From assembly GCA_951406725.2 (NCBI GenBank), contig OX597834.1, positions 42,966,001 to 43,030,000 of the forward strand: a stretch of DNA of 64,000 nucleotides, written 5' to 3'. Every line of letters starts with the position of its first letter. Within the stretch, counting starts at the first letter, position 1. The translations under genes and the position numbers were made by a program. The notes beneath the pieces are model-generated. The model had not been told where the DNA came from, ran no database searches, and saw nothing but the letters and a program-made list of their open reading frames with translations. Source of the DNA: Octopus vulgaris. Its lineage: Eukaryota. Positions 56,100-64,000 of this stretch are shown here, piece after piece.

Positions 56100-57573
56100 T
56101 TAACTGACAGCTACCTTAATTTGTGAATATTCTGTTCTAAAATAGCAAAAAAAGGAGAAAATTTTACGATATTCGACATATTACGATAAGAGCAACAGCG
56201 CATCGGAAAGTGCGAGGAATATTAATGCAGTATAGGCGCATGGCTCAGTGGTTAGAGCGTCGAGTTTACGATCGTGAGGTTGTCAGCTCGAATCCTGGAC
56301 CGGGTTGCGTGTTGTGTTATTGAGCAAGACACTTTATTTCACGTAGCTCCAGTTCACTCAGCTGTAGAAATGAGTTGCGTCGCCACTAGTACCAAGCTGT
56401 ATCGGCCCCTTTACCTTTCCTTTGGATAACATCGATGGCGTGGAGAAAGGAGGCCGGTATGCATGGGCGACTACTGGTCTTCCATAAACAACATTGCCCG
56501 GACTTGTGCGTGGGAGGCTAACTTTCTTGGTGCAATTCCATCGTATGTGTCGTGACCTCAGTGGGTCTCAGAATATGGGGATCAGACAATAAGCATAAGC
56601 CATTGTGAACGGTGATTCCAAAATTTCCGAGCTAGAAATTACAGCCTAGAAGTTGAGCCTCGTCCTGGAAGATCTGTAGAGATCGACGAGGACGTCCTAC
56701 AAATTCTGGTGTTACAAAATCCCATCGTAACTGTTGAAAAAGTAGAAGAGTAGCTGGGATTTGGTCATTCAACCATTCATCGACACCAGCGTGCCATCGG
56801 TTAAGACAGCAAATTGGGCCAATGCGTTCCTCACAAAATTTTCGAGACTAATCGCCCGCTGATAGTGAATGTGTGCTATTCTTTGCTGTCACGTTTCACT
56901 TATGAACCTTTTTGGATTGAATGTGTTCCCTACAGAAATGTCAAGCGCCGAAGACAGTAGGTAGAAAAAGGAGAAATACTGGCACCCCAGGTTAAAGAAG
57001 GTATTCACCAACGTAAAGTGTTGTTATCTGTTAGGTGGGATATGAAAGGTTTAGTCCACTTTGGACTTTTAAACAAAAAGCAAACGATAACAAAGGAGAT
57101 CTACTGCGGGCAGCTTGAGCTGCTTAACAGAGTGCTAGAAGGAAAACGACCATATTTAGCTTCAAGATGAAAGGTGTTCTTCCATCAGGATAATGCACTG
57201 CCAAATACGGCGAGCATGACGTTCCAAAGGCTTGCAGCAGTTTAAATGGGAAACGATGTCCCATCCACCATTTTCGCCGGACATTGCTCCATCTGATTAT
57301 CATATATTTCGGAGTCTTCAAAAAGGATTTGGATGAAACAAATATGAATTCAGTAGACGAGGTCAGAACAGTACTGGAGGAGTATTTTTCGTTACGGACA
57401 AGTGAATTTTGGAAGACGATACTTGCAAGTCTCCCAGATAGATGAAATAACATTGTAGAAAATGGAGGAGAGTATATTTTAATATTTTATATTGAAAAAG
57501 AACGTTGTTTATCTTAATTGTGAAAAATAAAGCAAGTATAAAAAAACCGAATTATTTATGGAATGACTCAATA
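56100..57573 (+). mobile_element. Decayed mariner transposon with nested SINE
   Basis: ARNINAVYGDQT, EPRPGR, KVLLSVRWD, FHQDNA and HPPFSPDIAPSDYHIFRSL motifs with stops and frameshifts; right end ...tatttatggaatgactcaaTA; left TIR not identified. Confidence 0.9.
56235..56568 (+). mobile_element. SINE family D nested in the mariner ORF
   Basis: A-box tggctcagtgg, B-box-like gctcgaatcc; TSD cagtata (56228-56234) / cagaata (56569-56575). Confidence 0.88.
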
Positions 57574-57600
57574 CATTTATATATACATGTATATACATAC

Positions 57601-57692
<92 letters not shown>

Positions 57693-58198
57693 ACACTGAA
57701 ATATAATGTTGTTCCTGGAAGAAAATGTCTTTGGAATTATTATTTATTTTAAAATTGCTATTTATTTTTTACATCAAAAGATGGAGATACGATTGAATTA
57801 TTTTGCCGTATTGTTGCACCACCACAGTATACATACATACATACATACATACATACATACATACATACATACATACATACGTATATACATAAACATATGC
57901 ATATAAACATATAAATATCCACTTCTATCTGATTATAGATACAATTATGAATATAAATGTATCTCGCAATACACAAGCACCCAACGACACATTTTCAATA
58001 CCATACAAACGAAAACGTGTAGAAGCACAACCATTTTAAGTGTGTGTGTTCTTGTAAGCGAAATCAGGAGGGTGTGATATTATTTGTTTACATACTTTTA
58101 TTTTTATAACTGTGTATCACTGAAAAAAACTGATATAAAATACATTATACACACACATATATGTATATATATAAACATACATAGATATATGCATATTC

Positions 58199-58251
<53 letters not shown>

Positions 58252-58324
58252 TATCTATATATATATATAAATATATATATAAATATATATGTACACATAT
58301 ATATATATATCTCAGGGTGAATGT

Positions 58325-58359
<35 letters not shown>

Positions 58360-58679
58360 TGCGCGCCAACGCCCACCTACACGCAGACCTATTCATCTAA
58401 CTGACAATCCCATTCGAAGACATTTATAGTTTTATTGCTATTATCGCTTTACTGCTACTGATAATATTGGTGGTGGTCGCGGTTGGGAGGGGTAGTTCTA
58501 TTGGGGGGTTTGTTAAATATTTATGGACGGTTTTGCATTTTGAAATGTCACTATTTTCTCAACTTAAAAAAAATTTTAACAATCAGTTTTTTTTCGTTTG
58601 CATAAGTTGTTGTTTCCCCCCAGTTCTGTCCTCTTCTCGTCTTATTATTTTATATAGACATATCTATTTAAACAAGCTA

Positions 58680-58924
58680 GTTGTTGTTGTTGTTTTGTTG
58701 TTATTGCTATTGTTGTTGTTGTTGTTGTTGTTCTTCTTCTTCTTCTCCTACACCACTCTCCTTCGCTTCTTCTTCTTCTTCTTCTTCTGCTTCTTCTTTT
58801 TGTTCCTGTTCTTCTTGTTCTTCTTTTTCTTCTTCTTCACCTCCCCCTCCACCACTCTCTTACGCTTTCTTGTTGTTATTGTTGTTGTTGTTGTTGCTGT
58901 TGCTCTTCTTCTTCTTCTTTCTTC

Positions 58925-58956
<32 letters not shown>

Positions 58957-58975
58957 CTTCTTCTTCTTCTTCATT
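58680..58975. repeat. (TTG)n/(TTC)n compound microsatellite
   Basis: directly visible. Confidence 0.9.
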
Positions 58976-59482
58976 CTACCTTAATACAGTTAGTGTTGTT
59001 GCTGTTGTTCAAACTCTTTTTCTCCGTGTTCTTTGTACTTGCAGAATATATTGTGAGAGAAAGTTCAACAAAAAAATATATTACAGAATGAAGTTGTCCT
59101 TCTTTACGTTTCTGCTTGTTTTGAAGCTTTTTCCAATTTTTTTATTCGACATGTTATTAATGTTGTTGTTATTAATGTAGTTATTGGAATGATCGCTGAA
59201 TTTAAAATATTTTTTCGCCATCTTCAAGACAATAAATACAGCGAATTGTTCCCATGGAATTTATAAATGTCCACTAATACACAAACACACGCGTATATCC
59301 CCTTCTTACACACCAACCCGTGCACACACTCACACACACACACACACGTACAAATACGCCGACCACTACAAAAAGTGCAATGTAAATATCGTTAAAACTC
59401 ACACCTAAGTAATCCACGGACGAATAAAACACAATCACAATATACACGCATATGCGTGTGCCTATATGCATGTATATATGTA

Positions 59483-59518
<36 letters not shown>

Positions 59519-59601
59519 TGTATGTATATGAATGAATGTATATATAAACATATATACACATATATATATATACATACATACATATGTGTATATATATATC
59601 T

Positions 59602-59632
<31 letters not shown>

Positions 59633-59662
59633 TATATATACATACATACATACATACATACA

Positions 59663-59694
<32 letters not shown>

Positions 59695-60681
59695 GGTTTA
59701 TCCATAACAACACATGTAAATTTGCTAGCACGCTGAAATATATATCATATGGTTTAATACCTGTCAGTGAACAGCCACGTGCACCCACTTTGAGACACAT
59801 ACACACGTCTAAACACATAACTGAATATCTTCGGTTTGTTTTTGCATGGATATAAGTAGAGATATAAGGGATATCTCTAAATGAGCATAAGAAATGCAAA
59901 CTCATTCGTACCTGCCATTAACAAACAATTACGCATAGCATAGTGGTCATAAACACACACAGCACATATATAGAAGCACACTCACATACAAAGACACACA
60001 CTATCTCTCTCACACACACACACGTAGCGGCAAGCACACATAGCTGAAAAGAAATATCCATAAATTTGTAGAGGTGTACGCTATGCATAACAGAAGTATA
60101 TTGCAGCATATCTCTCGAACCATGCACATATATAAACACACTGCGATAGAAACATATTAACGCATTTAAAAAATACAAGCTTTCAAAGACGAAATAAACG
60201 AAGCACAAAATATACAGAGAAATATTATCACCTTTCATAGTATTTCATGACAGAACACTTGTACACTCCAGATATCACACGCAGGCGTTGGTTTATTTAA
60301 TAAATAAGCGATTTAACTATGTTTTCCTTTCTTTTATTATCCATGCTTGTTTTCCAGTAGATTACATATTTTTGATTGCTAATTCACACTGTTCGCAGAG
60401 ACGAATGTGCTCCCGTTTGGAAATACACAGTTAACAAGAGTTTAGGTTGTGTGCTGTTAATATTAACACTTTCTTGAAACTATTAAGAGAGACATTTTTC
60501 TTTCCTTTTCTTTTATTTTTTTTCGAAATACATGGAGAAGTAGCATGAAAATAATATCTTAAGACAATAAAGGCAACTGAGTGTGTGTGAGCGGATATCT
60601 AGTTGTGTCTGCATTTGTGTGTATGTGTGTATGTGTGACTCTATATGTGTACATGCACGCACACACGCAGATAATTACATG

Positions 60682-60744
<63 letters not shown>

Positions 60745-60877
60745 TATATGCATACGTACAGACACCCTTATATATATATATATATTTATGTGTGTGTGTT
60801 TGTGCGCACACACATATGCATATACACGTGTATACGTGTATATATATGTGTTTGTATATACATGCCTTTACATACTG

Positions 60878-60925
<48 letters not shown>

Positions 60926-60995
60926 CATTTATGTGTGTGCATGTATATGTATATAAGTTTGTGTATTTATATATATACATATATATGTATATATG

Positions 60996-61054
<59 letters not shown>

Positions 61055-63217
61055 ATATAGAGAGAAAGATGAGGGAAATGGAGACAAGGATAGATAAATA
61101 GATGGATATGTGTATAAGTATATCTATATCTATCTCTATCTCTCACTCTGCATTTATATATAATACGAGTGTATGTATGCATGTATATAAGAATGTTATT
61201 TTTTGTATCCATAAATAAATAAATAGGAAATTTGCCTGAATCGTCAAAAAATAAATTCTCTGCTTCAATAATTAAATATTTAATTGTGTGAAATAAGTAA
61301 CATTAAATACTTTGTGTTGAAATCGGAAAATCATCCAAATATTATGGCTTCTGCTTCAGGAATGATTCTGTAAAACGTAAAGTGAAAAAAAGAAAAAAGA
61401 TGGCGCCTAAATGCGAGATATTGAGGTAGCCGATGGATATAAAAATGTATAAATTTATATCTATGTGAGCTTGTCTTTGATGTGTGATTTGCCTCAATGA
61501 ACAAGATTTATGTTATGAATTTTCTATTCTTGCTTGAATTTAGGAAATAAATGTTGGAGGTGGGAAAAAAACTGTTAAAAAAGAAATAGAAAAAGGAATG
61601 GTGAATGTTTTCAAGTAAATGGTTTCTCTACAATAAATTGAAATGGAATCATTTGCTGAGGAATTTTATATGTTGTTTTGTTGCCTTAGTATTATTTCCA
61701 TCAGCGATTCATAATAAATACTGTTTATCATATATGTAATATAGTGGGTTGAAAAAACATCGATTGACTCAGCTTATCCAAGTAATTAGTAGATAAAAAC
61801 TTCCATTGGGTGTGTTTGAAATATAAAAAAAAATCAATGAAGATAACCTAAATAAGATCAGATGATGAGATTTTTTTTGTATGTCATAAAAAAATTTCCT
61901 CTTTGAAGCCGATCTAATTTTAAAATCTTCTGGTGATGTAGCTGGCACATACTGTGTTATTAGAGCGGCACGTTGATATATATTACACACAGTTGGCGAG
62001 ATGAAACTGGTCTCTGTATATAGAAAATAGGAGAAGGTAGTGAGGATACTTTTGAATATAACAGTATGACTGAGTTAAAATGTCCCCGGGGTGTATTCTG
62101 CAAACTAAATGCATAAACAGAAATGTTTGAGATTTGTAATATAATGAATTGTAAAATTTCGATCAACTGATAATATTCAAACAATTTTGGAAACATGAAA
62201 AGAAATCGAAGGATGAAAACTCCTATTATCTCATTTAATTGAAATATTTAGACGTTCAGAAAAATATTGATTGGGTGGGATATAGGTTTAAACCAACAAA
62301 CATATTCAAAATTTGTTGCGTATATTCAACGGTTATACTATATTTATTTCTCATTATTATCTTAAAACATAATGCTCATCTTACAATATTTAGAGTGGAC
62401 AATATATGTAGAAGTAGCTGACGTGCAGTGAGATTGAATATGGATATCAATAATAACACATCGGAAAGCACCGTGGATATGAATGTTGTACGTACAAGAT
62501 TTGTTTCAGAGAAGTCGATGTTTTAATATAACCTGCCAAAGAGTGAGCCTTATGCAATCCTGCCTGCTGTGCTGTGTATGGTTAGCACTTGATCACCAAT
62601 CTATTCTTATTAGAACGACTGTATGTTTAGTGTATTTGAACAGATGTAACAAGAGGCGTAAAAATAACTTGGAAGAAATTTTTGTTTTAACGTATTAAAC
62701 AGAGAAAATTTATACATGTGTCATGTTTATTGTTGCAACATGTTAATTCAGAAGGAAAGCTTCTGGCACTTGTTACAGAGGTATCGCACAATGTTACTGC
62801 GAGCAATAAATAAATAAAATAAACTCGTTCGCAGCGTAATGAGGAGCATCTTATTTCAGAGGAAAAATGTTAGCCATCACGATATTATTACAGATGGACA
62901 TCCAGGCAAGATATTGTTTGGTATGGATGTCCTGAGTTTCTGTATTGAAGGAATGAAACAGAAGACCATTGCGGCATTGACAACAAGACGTGACAAATAT
63001 GAAGGAGACCAAACCGTATAACGGTTGTCCAAATTCTTTAAAATGCAATTGAAAATGTTTTATTTAGATCCGTTTATTAAAAACGCTAATAACTAGCTTA
63101 ATAAGCATATCCAGTGCAGACAAGTATAATACTTGAAAAGAGCAATGTGTAAAATAATAAAATGTGAACGTGAATTTAAGTGTAGATATGCAGTACAAAA
63201 AAAAAATAATAATGAAT

Positions 63218-63470
63218 GCGCCCTTTTAAAGCCTAGCCAGGCTCATGGGCCTGGTTTCCCTGTTTCAGTGGCGTATGTGTTCTCTCCAGCTGGACGGGAC
63301 GCCAGTCTATCGCAGCGTTACTCATTTTTTTGCCAGCTGAGTGAACTGAAGCAACGTGAAATGAAGTGTTTTGCTCAAGAACACAACGCGTCGCCCGGTC
63401 CAGGAATCGAAACCACAATCTTACGATCATGATGCTGACATCCTGAACACGACGCCACGAGCCTTCACAT
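63218..63470 (-). mobile_element. SINE family D, near full length
   Basis: head matches 1268-1390; tail matches 45940-46040. Confidence 0.85.
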
Positions 63471-63748
63471 CGCTCTTCTTGCATTATATTGCAAGTGAAT
63501 TGTTTATATATAAAAAAATATGTATATAAGTCGAAACAATTTCTTGGCTATTTTGTTATTCTAATACTTGTTAATGTTATCTTATATTATGTTTTATTCA
63601 TAGAATATTATGTTTCAATATAATTCAATTATTGGAGTGTCAATTGTATCTCTATTTAATTTCTTGCTTGTAATTTGAATTTTATTCATTTTTATGTGGT
63701 ACTCAACTGACGTAGCAGTGAATTGTATGTTTTACATATATGTATATA

Positions 63749-63856
<108 letters not shown>

Positions 63857-64000
63857 TCTTGATTTTGATATATATTTAATATATGGATATACCATACAAA
63901 ATAAGTATCATACAACAGGGATATCTTGATTTTGATTATATTTATCACCCCATTTATATTTATATATATATATACCATACAAATATATCTATATGCCTTT

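Noticed and set aside
61300-63100. Microsatellite-free stretch with short ORFs and a small hairpin (ggacatcca...tggatgtcc near 62896-62932)
   Set aside because: No recognisable motif and the hairpin is too short for a pre-miRNA; cannot be assigned without a search.

Overview
AT-rich, extremely microsatellite-dense eukaryotic non-coding DNA (intronic or intergenic). The SINE families and simple-repeat density are what I recall for an octopus (coleoid cephalopod) genome; this is an inference. No intact protein-coding gene is visible. Nearly all listed ORFs are translations of (TA)n, (TG)n, (TAT)n or (TTC)n tracts. The window is a mosaic of at least four tRNA-derived SINE families (here called A-D) plus decayed transposons: three mariner remnants, a DD41D (rosa/VS-type) element truncated by a Tc1-type element with DD36 spacing, two Dong/R4-type LINE fragments each abutting (TAA)n, a CR1/L2-group LINE 3' end, an RTE-like endonuclease stub, and Helitron/Helentron ends. 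The structures most worth a second look are: a 328-bp near-perfect fold-back (13729-14056); a second fold-back with 84-bp arms (39995-40240); two Penelope-type minimal hammerhead motifs; a SINE/LINE pair sharing a co-varying 3' hairpin; a SINE with a variable-copy 184-bp module; a 75-90-bp duplication flanking a SINE; a ~4-kb cryptic 16-17-bp satellite; and one 66-nt Cys-rich candidate micro-exon. I see no evidence for a new multi-gene system. Family names come from recalled motifs, not database searches, and most element boundaries are approximate.
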